A DNA stretch of 62,511 bases, filler included, from Jimgerdemannia flammicorona (Eukaryota): assembly GCA_003990765.1 (NCBI GenBank). It is 2 parts of 2 records of this genome, joined end to end, with 100 filler letters (N's around TTAATTAATTAA, not from the genome) between each part and the next. Parts side by side here need not be neighbours in the genome. Positions count along the whole stretch, not along the records: positions 1 to 31,215 come from RBNJ01000408.1; 1 more part is not named here. One strand, 5' to 3'. Below the pieces are notes generated by a model. It did no database searches. It was not told the origin of the DNA and worked only from the letters and a program-made list of their open reading frames with translations. Made by a program: the position numbers and the translations under genes. Positions 1 to 11,952 of this stretch are shown here, one piece after another; position 1 is the stretch's first letter; each line of letters opens with the position of its first letter.

Positions 1-340
1 TCTTAGACTCTGTCTTTATTACCAGTCTATGAATAAGTATACAATATCTCCACCCACTAACTGATCTCCATCGGGGGGCCCCACCCCACCTCTTTATATA
101 TAAAGACTACCCTCTCACCAACAACTCCAACTCTCCCACCACTCTGACTACAGATTTTCACCACCAAGCGACGCCTCCGACCCCCCTGCAGTCCCCAACC
201 ACACCACCAGTCTGTCAAGGTATTCTCCATAAGGAACTGCCATCTTGCTAACCGGCTCCCCAAGCTCTGTCGCTCCCCCTCCTCAAATACAAATAGCCAG
301 TGGCTGGCCAGCCCAACCCAAATAGCCAATACCCAGCCAA
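1..340 (-). mobile_element. 5'-truncated LINE (L1/Tx1-like) 3' fragment, same family as 33192-37558
   Basis: The reverse complement matches 37210-37537 (ORF2 C-terminus AIWVGLASHWLFVFEE..., and 3' tail TAGACTGGTAATAAAGA..AGTCTAAG). The tail runs off the window edge. Confidence 0.85.
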
Positions 341-479
341 GATATATTAGTCCTTATGAGATACTTAAATAAGTATTCTCAGTAGTATATAAGTTAATAT
401 TACTATAGAAATTTGCATACATCCTGTCTTCTATATCTCTCTGCTCAAGCTATACTATAATAGTCTATATAAGTACCTA

Positions 480-1150
480 AACTAGACTCTTTAACCATTA
501 GTACCTCTTTTAATTGATAGTTATATCAAGTATAAAGTTGAGAAGATTCTTGATAAATATATATATTACAATTACACTATAAAATTAGTAAGCTATCCTG
601 AGTATAATAGTACTTAGAAACCTATTGGAAATCTCAAAAATACTCAATGAGCTCTTTATGAATACAAATATTAAAGATAATATTCTTTTTCAAGTAGGGA
701 GAGAATAGATAATCCTCTATATTTTATTTTCTTTTGCCAAATTATCATCTTTTCTTTATTATATTACTTAGTAAAATATTCCAGAATAGTTTAGAATAGT
801 AAAAAATTATTTAGTTATTTGCCAAATATCTATTTACTAAATAGTTTTACTAAGATTCTATTAATTACTAATTAATACTTAGTAACTCTCTTCAATATTC
901 TACTAAGTTCCACCAAGTATAACTCATTGCTTAATATCTAGTTTAGTAAATGTTCTATCTATTTCTTTTTTTCTCTATTTCTCTTATATAAATACTCTCT
1001 CTGAATACTTTAATAAAGTTCAGTCTAGTTAGTTATTATATATTCATCTGAATCTCCTGAAGACAATCAAACTTCTCAAGTTCTATTTCTTAAATCTAGT
1101 TATATAATTCTATTTGGACATTTGCTGATATATAGTCTAAGTCTCAGATT
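480..1150 (+). mobile_element. Highly decayed chromovirus 3' end (chromodomain, PPT, LTR relic)
   Basis: About 530-650 reads YKVEKILDK..Y.IKLVSYPEYNST*KPIGNLKN (chromodomain-like). A purine tract AGTAGGGAGAGAA follows at ~693-705, then TATAAATA and AATAAA at ~987-1017. Boundaries are approximate. Confidence 0.5.
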
Positions 1151-1577
1151 TCATCAAACTTAACTATATTAAAGTACTCTTGCACTTCAATAAATATAAT
1201 TATTTTCTATAATATATATATTTATTATATAGATAGTAGTTTATATATATTCTCAATATTCTATTTTTCTTTTTTATAAATATAATAGATGCTCTATAAG
1301 GAGATACATCTGGTTCAATATATTCTTTATTAAGAAGTATCTTTAGAGTCTCTCTCAAGACTTCTAGCTCTGACTGAGATATAGAATAAATAAGTCTATA
1401 AGGAGATAATAATTCTGAAATTATATTAATCTTATATTTGATTTTTTTCTAAGTAGAGGCTTTATTGGTTCTTAAAATATATTAGAGAATTCTTTTATAA
1501 GAGACTGAATTATTTATAAGATATAAACAGCTTTTTTTTCTTTTAAGACTATCTATATCAAGTAGAGGTAGCAATCT

Positions 1578-3610
1578 TGTAAGCGCACAACCTCCAAACC
1601 ACTGAAATTACATGTCACCCTCTGAACAAATCTGGAAATCACCTGCTTGATCATGAAGCTGAGTCAAACTGAAGTCACAGCACACAAAGCTGAGTCAATA
1701 CGAAGTCACAGAATATAAGATTTATACAAATGGAATCTTACCAATCAGAACCAAATGTATATATACCTAGCACTGAGATACACCGAAACAGAGAACCAAA
1801 ACAAATAACAACCACAAACTTCCAAATACATAAACATGACCACTGAGATCTATATCTGTATCTATGCTGACATTTGGAATGCCATTGTCAACCGAGCCAT
1901 ACTCCCTCTGCCCCTCATGAATATCTATAGTCTGGCACTCCTCTACTTCATGGAAGCCTGATAGAATACTCTGAACATGCTTAGCAAGGCCCACCGGATC
2001 AGACAAATCTCAAGCTACTACCAGATCGCTGCCTTCTGGAAGATATAGTTGAACACCACCACGATACAGATATTACCCAGATGTCTCAACACCAGAAGCT
2101 CATCGCTCGCAAATATCGAGAACTCTTCTATGAGTACAGTACCATTATTCCTCACCTCTGAGTTACTACTAGTGAAATAGTTGCTACCCTGTCTTATGGC
2201 CAAATCGACGACATGATATAAGAACTCAACTACAAGTATCTTGAGTATGTCGAAACTACAGACAGAATCTTCCCACACCCCAATGATCATATCCTACAAA
2301 TGCCCCAAGTTGGATATGCCATAAAGAACATCTATGATATAATCCACTTCGATGAAGACAAAGTAGAAGACAATGATCTCTCTGATGCCAATATGACCTC
2401 TAGCCAAGGATCTCTGCCAACTCTGATCATATCATCAATCTTGCCAATGAACTTACAACAATTCATAACAGTATACGAGACTTATTGGAACAATGACCAC
2501 TGGTATAAATACTAACCCGCGTTCACCCCCAATTACTTCAACTATAATGAAGAGACCGGAGAATACAACCTGTATCTCCAGACAACTCTTGAGATCGAAT
2601 CAACCACTCCACCACCTGAGTACAAGCGATATAAACCACAGTCGCCAGCTTACTATAATCCTGCAACTCATAGTGCTGTAACCTATAGAAGGTATGCAGA
2701 CAGTGAATCCAATGAAAGTGAAGACAACATACCCATTCTTTATCCACTAACACCTTATCTAGTCTATGAGACAGATGATGCTATCTTGTGGGATGGAGAC
2801 GAAGTCCCAATGTATTACTACCTCAGCGAACAAGGAGAAGTAATCTGTAAACCACTCTTCCTAGATGACTACTTCATCAGAGATGATGCAATCGATGGTG
2901 ATATCATCGAGAACTACCCAGACAGTGCCTAAACCATAAATAGCCTAAGCAGTCATAGTATAGTTAGATTAGCTTTGTATGACGTGACTGTAAACTGACT
3001 CAGCAGTCAGACGATCTCTTGACATATCAGATCACACTTGTACTATGTGACTGCATTCCGACTCAGTAAGGTACTTAGTACTACATCCATATCTAGCATA
3101 GTCCAGATAGCCCCTCACTAGTATAAATACCCCCTCCCCCAGACCTCAGAATCTCAGACTCGAACACACAAGAACATTCCTGAATACTTTCCCACAATAT
3201 CCCTTCACACAACTACTCCTAGTATAGCAATATCATGAATAACGAATAAATCTATTCAAATAACCCACAAACTACCCTTAAGTAAATCCACTTCCTGTTA
3301 GGTCCTACTCCTAACTCCATCACGAAATTTCCTAATTGAGTATTGTCTGCAGCGATACGCCAATTCAACTAAGCTGGTCTTAGTTTCTTAAACTTTCTAA
3401 AATATAGAAAATCTTGAATATCTAGAACTAGTCCAAAAGAGGACTTAGGATTGAGATGTCAACCTAATCTTGAAATCAATAAGTGTAGAGGATGTACTCC
3501 ATACGAAATTGATCTTGACCATAAGAAAACAGTCTTCCAGAATATCCAGAACTTCCAGAAAACCCTTCCAGAACTATATAATGATTACCCTAAAAAGCAA
3601 CCCTCTTACA
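1578..3610 (+). repeat. Element A 5' LTR (2033 bp)
   Basis: Starts TGTAAGCGC and ends CCCTCTTACA. Colinear with 4823-6853 and 11953-13986. TATAAATA at ~3123 and AATAAA at ~3245. Confidence 0.95.
1836..2932 (+). pseudogene. LTR-encoded ORF of family A (copy 1; stops and a 1-nt deletion)
   Basis: ATGACCACT at 1836 to GATGCAATC...AGTGCCTAA at 2932. Homologous to the ORFs in the other two LTR copies. Confidence 0.75.
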
Positions 3611-3613
3611 ACT

Positions 3614-3628
3614 TGGTAGCAGTGGTTT
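3614..3628 (+). promoter_or_regulatory. Primer-binding site, tRNA-iMet-like
   Basis: TGGTAGCAG lies 3 nt after the LTR end and is complementary to the ...CUGCUACCA 3' end typical of eukaryotic initiator Met tRNA. Confidence 0.65.
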
Positions 3629-4822
3629 ACAATCCAATTCTGCTTCAAGATGCTTCCTCATCCTGCTACAAACCCTTCTGAGAATTCCTACAAGTTGGTA
3701 TAAAGCCCAACCTCTGAACTGGAATTTATCCTGAACTATCTAACAATCTGGAGAGAATTGAACCTGATGTATAAGGACAATTTGACCTCCACACCTACAA
3801 CAAGTGGGACAAACTTCATTCAAAGAAAGAAGTACTTAGGTTAAACCAGCAAATAGGCGAAACCCTATTCACCGAACTCCTTGCACTACACCCAGCAAGT
3901 CAAGATGAAGAAGGTCTTATTAAAGCCTTCTTTACTCTTCTCAATAAGAGTTTTGTCAGCTCTACAAATCTGAGTGACCTAGGACAATCAGCAGCAGTCT
4001 TTCTAGCCTTAGTTCCTCATGAAGCCCAAGTCTCTGTAGCCAAGTGGCTCAACTCTACTGATTTTTACTGTATCAGGACCAAGACCACATTATACTATCG
4101 ATTCCAGAACAGCAAGACCTGCCATATTCTTAAAGAAGAAGCAAGAGAAACCCTTCATCAACTACCTGACCCCAAACCTGAAGCAGACCCTGCTACAGCC
4201 CTATCTGAATCTGAAACCCAAACCGAACCTGAACTTGACTTTGAATTAAGTCCATCTGAAATCAGATATATGTACAACTGATTCCATCTACTTTGATGCT
4301 GAGCAAACCCAATTACACAGAGACCAAACCGAAGAGGAGGAGGAGTATCTCACTGAATTCGATCTCGGATATACCACCAAAGGAGACACACTCCCATCAG
4401 GACAGAATACACCTACACAACAACAAACAGCTATCTATCAAGCCCTTACTCCAGATCCACAACTACTACTTCAGCAACTTACCCAGACCCAAAGAACCCC
4501 ATCACACTCTGCACCAGTACCTCAAGTAGTACCAGTAACACCACTATCAGTAGTCCAATCACCTCCAGTAAACAACATGGTGAACCAACAGATTCTAGAC
4601 CTCACAGCCCAGGTAGCCATAATGGCAGCAACCATTACTACCTTGGCTGAACAGACCTGACCTACCAAAAATCTGAGCCTACCTACCTTCAATAATACTG
4701 CACAAGAAGTTCAAAGCTTCATTAGTGTAGTTGACACTAACTTCGAAGCCAACCAATGGACCAATGAGTGAGTTGCTGACCGCATTCTGACAAACAATCA
4801 AGACCACACTCTGGAACAACTC

Positions 4823-6853
4823 TATAAGCGCACAACCTCTAAGCCACCGAAATTATATGTAACCTCTGAACAAACCTGGAAATCACCTGCTTGATCACGA
4901 AGCTGAGTCAAACTAAAGTCACAGCGCACAAAGCTGAGTCAATATGAAGTCATAGAACACAAGAATTACACAAACAGAATCTTACCAATCAGGACTAAAT
5001 GCATATATACCGAGCACCAAGATGTGTCGAATCAGAGAACCAAAACAAATAACAACCACAACTTCCAAAACACACAAATATGACCACTGAGATCTACAAC
5101 CACATCTGTGCTGATATTTGGAATGCCATTGTCAACTGAGCCACACCCCCTCTGCCCCTCATGAATATCTATAGTCTGGCACCCCTCTACTTCATGGAAG
5201 CCCGATGGAACGCCCTGAACATACTTAGTGAGGCCCACCGAATCAGACAAATCTCAAGCTACTATCAGATTGGCTGCCTCCTGAAAGATATGATTGAACA
5301 CCACCATGATACAGACATTACCCAGATGTCTCAATATCAGAAGCTCATCACCCGCAAACATCGAGAACTTTTCTATGAGTACAGTACTATTATTCCCTGC
5401 CTCCGAGTTACTACCAGCAAAATGGTTGCTACCCTGTCCTATGGCCAAATTGATGACATGATACAAGAACTCAATCACAAGTACCTCAAGTATGTCAAAA
5501 CCACAGACAGAACCTTCCCACACCCCAATGATTAAATCCTGCAAATGCCCCAAGTTGGATATGCCATGAAGGACATCTACGATATAATCCACTTCGATGA
5601 AGATGAAGCAGAAGACAATGATCCCTCTGATGCCAACATGACCTCTAGCCAAGGATCTCTGCCAACCCTGATCACTCTGCCAACCTTGCCAATAAACTTA
5701 CAACAGTTCATAACAGCATACAAGACTTATTGGGACAATGACCACTAGTACGAATACTAATCCGCATTCACCCCCGACTACTTCAACTATAATGAAGAGA
5801 CCAGAGAACACAACCTGTACCTCCAGACAACCCTCGAGATTGAACCAACCACTCCACCACCTGAGTACGAGCGACATGAACCACAGCCACCAGCTTATTA
5901 CAATCCTGCAACTCATAGTGCTGTAACCTATAGAAGGTACACAGACAGTGAATCCAATAAAAGCAAAAACAATACACCCCTCCTTCGCCCACCAACACCT
6001 TATCCAGCATACGAGACAGACGATACTATCCTGTGGGATGGAGATGAAGTTCCAATGTATTATTACCTCAGCGAACAAGGAGAAGTAATCCGCAAACCAT
6101 TATTCCTAGATGACTACTTCATCAGAGATGATGCAATTGATGGTGATGTTATTGAAGACTACCCAGACAGTGCCTAAACCCATAAATAGCCTAGCAGTCA
6201 TAGTATAGTTAGATTAGCCTTGTACAACGTGACTGTGAACTGACTCAGCAGTCAGACGATCTCTTGATGTGTCAGATCACACTTATACTACGTAACTGCA
6301 TTCTGACTCAGCAAAGCACTTAGTACTACATCCATATCTAGCATAGTCCAGATAGCCCCTCACTAGTATAAATACCCCCTCCCCCAGACCTCAGAATCTC
6401 AGACTCGAACACACAAGAATATTCCTGAATACTTCCCCACAATACCCCTTTACACAAATACTCCTAGTATAGCAATATCATGAATAGCAAATAAACCTAT
6501 TCCATAACCCACAAACCACTTTTAAGTAAATCTGCTCTCTGTTAGGTCCTACTCCTAACCCTATCACAAAATTTCCTAATTGGGTATTGTCTGCAGCGAT
6601 ATGCCAATTCAACTAAGCTGGTCTTAGTTTCTTGAACTTCCTGAAATATGGAAAATCCTGAACATCCAGAACTAGTCTGGGAAAGGACTTTGGTTGAGAC
6701 ATTAGCCCAATCTTGAAATCAATAAGCATAGAAGACGTACTCCATATGAAAGTGATCTTGACCATAAGAAAACGGTCTTCCAGAACATCCAGAATATCCA
6801 GAAAACCTTTCCAGAACTACGTAATGGTCACTCTAAAAAGTAACCCTCTTACA
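4823..6853 (+). repeat. Solo LTR of family A inserted in element A gag
   Basis: Full LTR copy flanked by a perfect 5-bp TSD AACTC (4818-4822 and 6854-6858). Gag reads through once it is removed. Confidence 0.95.
5080..6177 (+). pseudogene. LTR-encoded ORF of family A (copy 2, in the solo LTR)
   Basis: 1098 nt from ATG to TAA. Track ORFs 5161-5535 and 5545-5748 are in-frame pieces of it. Confidence 0.75.
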
Positions 6854-7677
6854 AACTCTTTGCTACAACTACAGTCTATGTCCGCCGAGTTGTTATATTC
6901 TTCCAAGGACCTGCTGAAGAATGGTGGTGAACCCTTCCTGAAAAATCCCTCATATGAGATACCTGATCTGCAGTAGTTGCTCAGAATGCAGCAAACAATG
7001 CCCCAGGATATGGAGCCCATCCTGCAGCCCCTGGACTCAAACAACTCATGATTGCTCAATACTGTAGTGAAATGATGATTACTGAATCTTGAGTAAAACT
7101 CTGCAACCTCAAATTTGATGTACATGGCAAAGAAGAATTTGAAACCTTCTGTATAAAACTCGAGTCACTTCTGAACACTGTTGGCCTAGGATATATCACC
7201 AATGATGAAGCACAAAATAGTACAAGAGCAGACCATTTATTTGATGCCCTGCCTGAATGGCTTACTAGAAAAATCCGAGAACAAGGCTGCCCAGTTGGTT
7301 ATGATCACCAACAATGGTGCCTGGAAAGAATCAAGACTATGGTCAAGTGAATCCTAATAGCTGGATCAATTCTGCCCCGAAGACAATTCAATAACAAGGA
7401 AAAGACTTGGACCAAGAAAGAAGAACCCAAGCATGAAGCATCCTGAGCTCCCTTCACATCCACCTCTTGGACACCTAGAAATCATGAACCCACCCAACCA
7501 AGTATCTTTAAGAAACTTACTGAAGGCGAAAGGAATGAACTTCAAAGAAGTGGAGCATGCTTCTATTGCTGAAAGACAGATCATATGGCCAGTGCCTGCT
7601 CTAACCGAAAACCCCGAACAGCAATAAGAGCAACTGTTACCACTCTACACCACCTCAACAACCTGACCACCAGAACA

Positions 7678-8085
7678 CTAGACTTTGTCAAGTTAAGACA
7701 AACTGCTAAGGCCCCAACCAAAGGAAGTCAGAAAGCAGCTGGATATGACCTATATGCAGCTGAAGAAGTTACAGTTTCCAACCGAGAAGTCAAACAAGTC
7801 TACACAGGAATCAGCATCCAAATCCTTGAAGGACATATTGGAAGAATATGCTGTTACAGCAGCCTAGCATTGAAAGAACTCTCAGTAGAAGGAGGAGTCA
7901 TTGACGAGGATTACATAGGTGAAATTATTGTCCTCATCTGAAACCATAGTTGGACACTCTTCAAGATCTCTATTGGGTTCTGCATCACCCAGATCCTATT
8001 CAAAAAAGTCGAGTCAACTCTGACAGTCAAGGAAGTCCCTGAACTATTGCCTACCATCAGAGGATCCAAAGGATTTGGCTCATCA
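7678..8085 (+). pseudogene. dut: Element A dUTPase domain (between the nucleocapsid and the protease)
   Basis: Motifs AAGYDL, (R)SSLA, GGVIDEDYIGEI, ITQI and RGSKGFGSS, in the gag-pol frame. Confidence 0.9.
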
Positions 8086-8319
8086 AACAAGGCTCCAGCC
8101 CAACCTACCATGAACAAAGAAGAATAATTCTACAAGAAAATCAAAGATGGATATGTACCAAGTGGCTGATGTCCCCATGGCATTGGAATGTACTCTTCCT
8201 GAATAATTGATGATTGCTTCTCTTATATCAATGAACTGGCTTAAAGAAGAACCAACAGAAGGAAGGCTCCTACAACTGAAATCACCACCATTGGATCAGA
8301 CAAACTGCTCACCCTTAAG

Positions 8320-11300
8320 GCTTTTGTCAATGGAGCACCTATCAAGATTATGATAGACAGTAGTGCTTCAGGCAACTTCATCAATGAAGAAACAGCCAAC
8401 AGACTCAAGGTTTTCACCTCCCCAGTACAGCAAACTTAAGCAGTTGCTACAGCTGATGGAACCTCACATGTTATTAGCAAGGAAGTCCACAATCTACCTT
8501 TCCGAATTGGTGACTACTGAGTACATGTTATCCTCCAGATCGTACCACTCTCTGACAACGAAATCATCCTTGGAACTCCATGGTTAAAACAAGAGAACCC
8601 CATGATCAATTGGGTAAACCATTCTCTGACCATCAAGAAAGGACACCACAACTTCAAACTGCAAGGCAAAAAGGACCCACTCAACTCTAGTGACTCTGAA
8701 CCAAAGATCACCCACATCAATAAGTTATAACTCAAGAAATTGACCAAGAAATGCCCTCTCTTCACCATCTCCATCTGTCCATCCAAAGGAGAACCTGAGA
8801 ACTCTGAAGAAGATTTTTCCAAAGTTGACAGCCATGTCAGACCACTACTCCAGAAATTTCGAGACATATTCCCAAAGAAACTCCCGAAAGGCCTACCTCC
8901 TAAATAAGTAGTAGACCATGCTATCAAGACTATCCCAGATGCCAAACCAGCCTTTAAGTCAATCTACCACATGTCTCCGAGAGAAATTGATATACTCAAG
9001 AAAGAAATTGATGAACTCCTAGAGTAAGAATTCATCAGACCCAGTGTATCACCCTATGGTGCACCAGTCCTCTTTGTTGTTAAAAAAGAAGGAGACCTGC
9101 AAATGTGCATTGACTATTGCGATCTTAATGAACAGACCATCAAGAACTATTGCCCACTACCAAGGATCGATGAAATATTCGATAGACTTACCAACCTGCA
9201 ATTCATGAGCTCCTTTGATCTGTAAAATGGTTACTGGCAAATTGCTATGAAAGAAGAAGACATCTATAAGACAGCTTTCCGAACTTGCTATAGACACTTT
9301 AAGTTCCTGGTTATGTCCTTTGGCTTAACTAATGCTCCAGCAACCTTCTAGATACTGATGAATACCATTTTGCATCCATACCTAGACAAATTCATTGTTG
9401 TCTACATTGATGATATCCTAGTCTTCAGCAAAACCCTAGAAGAACATCTTGAACACCTTGAACTAGTCCTACTGAAACTCTAAGAAAACCAACTCTTTGC
9501 AAAACTCAGCAAGTGTGAATTTCTCCTGAAAGAAATTCAATTCCTTAGACACATTGTCTTTCCAAATAGAATCAAAGTAGACCCCAGCAAAATCTCTGCA
9601 ATCAAAGATTGGCCCAGACCCAAGAAGCTGAAAGACCTCCAGTTATTCCTGGAATTAGCAAACTATTATAGGCGATTTGTTGCCAACTTTGCTAAAATCA
9701 CTACCACTCTCACCCAAATGACCAAGCACAGCAAGAAACAAGAACAACCCTGGACCATGAAATAAGAGAAAGACTTCAACAATCTTGTAACTTGGGGGCC
9801 CAAGCAAGATACTGCCTTTCAAGTACTGAAAGATACCCTGATAACCACTCCAGTACTTCAAGCGATAAATCCTGCCTTACTATATGAAGTCACTATTGAT
9901 ACCTCTGATCTAGCCCTTGGAGCAGTACTCATGCAAGAAGGACACCCTGTGGCCTATCACTCCCGCAAGTTCAATGATGTCGAAATCAACTACGCAACTC
10001 ATGAGAAGGAGATGCTAGCCATCATGGACACTCTGATCAAATGGTGACCTTATCTAGAAAGAGCACACTTCACTATATTAACTGACCACAAGTCATTGGT
10101 CAACATCAAGACACAGGCTACCCTTTCTCGAAAGCAAGCCAGATAGATGAAAGTCCTCACCAACTTTGACTACAAAATCCAGTACCGTCCTGGTAAGGAA
10201 AGTATTATTGCTGATACAATCTCCAGACCACCAATCGAAGAGGTTATCCAAACTCTCACCTTGGTTACAAACTCCATCATGGAACAAATTATCACAACAT
10301 GTGCCGATGATAAGGAAGCTTAAGCACTGTGAGAAATCCTGAATAGTGACGATATAGACAAGTATATATAGTATCATCAATACCAACTGAAGGACAATGC
10401 TATCTACTACAAGGATAGACTATATGTCCCAAACAACCGAGACCTCCAAAGGACTATCCTATTCGAATATCATGATGCCCCTATAGCTGGACATTTAGGA
10501 TTTGATAAATGTTATAAAGTTATCTCCCAAAACTTCTATTGGCTCTGCATGGCAGATCAGCTCAAAACCTACATCACTTTCTGTGATGTCTACCAATGAA
10601 ATAAGTCCTCAATACTAGCAAAACCTAGCTTACTTCACCCTATCCCAGTACCATCTGCTAATTGGGAACAAATCTCTATAGACTTCATTATACAACTACC
10701 CTGAACCAAGAATGGAAAAGATGCAATTGTTGTCTTTATGGACTATCTCAGCAAACAAGCTTACTTCATACCTACTATTACTACTGCAATAGCACCAGAC
10801 ATAGCCACACTCTTGTTTAATAACATCTTCCACTATCATGGTCTTCCCAAGATCATTGTTAGTGACTGAGACCCAAAATTCATCAGCCATTTTTGGAAAG
10901 CCCTCCATACACACCTTGGAACAAAACTTGCACTATCCACAGCCTTCCACCCTGAAACTGATGGCCAAACCAAAAGAATGAACCAAACTCTGGAACAAAT
11001 GCTAAGGAACTATATTTCCTATAGATAAGATGACTGGCATGAACACCTCACTGCAGTTGAGTTTGCCTATAACAATAGCAAGCAAGCCTCTCTCGGAATG
11101 ACTCCATTCTTCGCCAATACTGGACAAAATCTAAACACCCCTTTGACACTTATTCAAACCACTGAAGAACCCTCTACAGTCGAAGCTGTTGAAGAATTCT
11201 TACTCTGAATATACAACCTAAGCCAGATTGCTATTGAGAATTTATCATGAGCTCAAGAATAACAGTCACAGTATGTTAACCAACACTGCTGAGAAGAAAC

Positions 11301-11743
11301 TTTTGATATTGGAGAAAAAGTTCTACTGGACATCAGAGAATACCAAGTTGACAACCTCAAGTACAGACCATCTATAAAGCTGAATAGTAAGTTCATTGGA
11401 CCATTTGAAATCATCGCACAAGTCTCTCCAACCTCCTACAAATTGGTGCTACCAGACACCATTAAGATTCACCCAGTCTTTAATGTTCAATATCTCAAGC
11501 GATACAATGAGAATAATGACGAGCTATTTCCAAACCAAACCACCAAACCACCTGCACCTGTCATTATTAATGACCAAGAAGAGTACAAAGTTGAACAAAT
11601 TCTCAACAAACATGGCAACAAGAACTACCCTGAGTACCTTGTCAAATGGAAAGGTTACCCAATCCATGATGCAACCTAGGAACCCAAGACCAATCTCCAG
11701 AATGCTACCAATCTAGTTCAGGAATATGATTCCTTGAATAACT
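8320..11743 (+). pseudogene. pol: Element A pol: protease, RT, RNase H, integrase, chromodomain
   Basis: IDSSASGNFI (degenerate DSG) at ~8353; PLPRIDE; YIDD at 9403; RNase H (KEMLAI, TDHKSL); integrase HHCC and GQT(E)R; GPF at 11398; chromodomain EYKVEQIL...YLVKWKGYP at ~11580-11730. Confidence 0.93.
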
Positions 11744-11938
11744 AGAACTAAATACTCTACACCTATCAGTACACACTATATATTATCCTCCCGAACATTA
11801 TAATTATTGCAAACCAAAAACTCAGCAAAACAAGACAAGAATACTGATCCTCTGGAGAAATGGCAAAACCGAAAGCAAGCCTATTCTCCCTGTACCACTG
11901 AACAAAATTAGAAGGCCCCGACGAGGACGTCAAAAGCT

Positions 11939-11951
11939 AAGAAGGGGAGAG
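11939..11951 (+). promoter_or_regulatory. Polypurine tract of element A
   Basis: AAGAAGGGGAGAG immediately upstream of the 3' LTR TGT. Confidence 0.85.
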
Positions 11952-11952
11952 T

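Larger units (their letters stand above)
3650..7600 (+). pseudogene. gag: Element A gag (interrupted by a solo LTR)
   Basis: LPTFNNTAQEVQSFISVVD...FFQGPAEEWW is a retrotransposon gag-like core. CCHC knuckle CFYC*KTDHMASAC at 7558-7599. The start is uncertain. Confidence 0.75.

Noticed and set aside
5254..5652. Antisense hydrophobic ORFs in LTR A (also 12385-12783, 2018-2290)
   Set aside because: They mirror the sense LTR ORF on a T/G-rich strand. The sense frame has the conserved ATG, stop and length.
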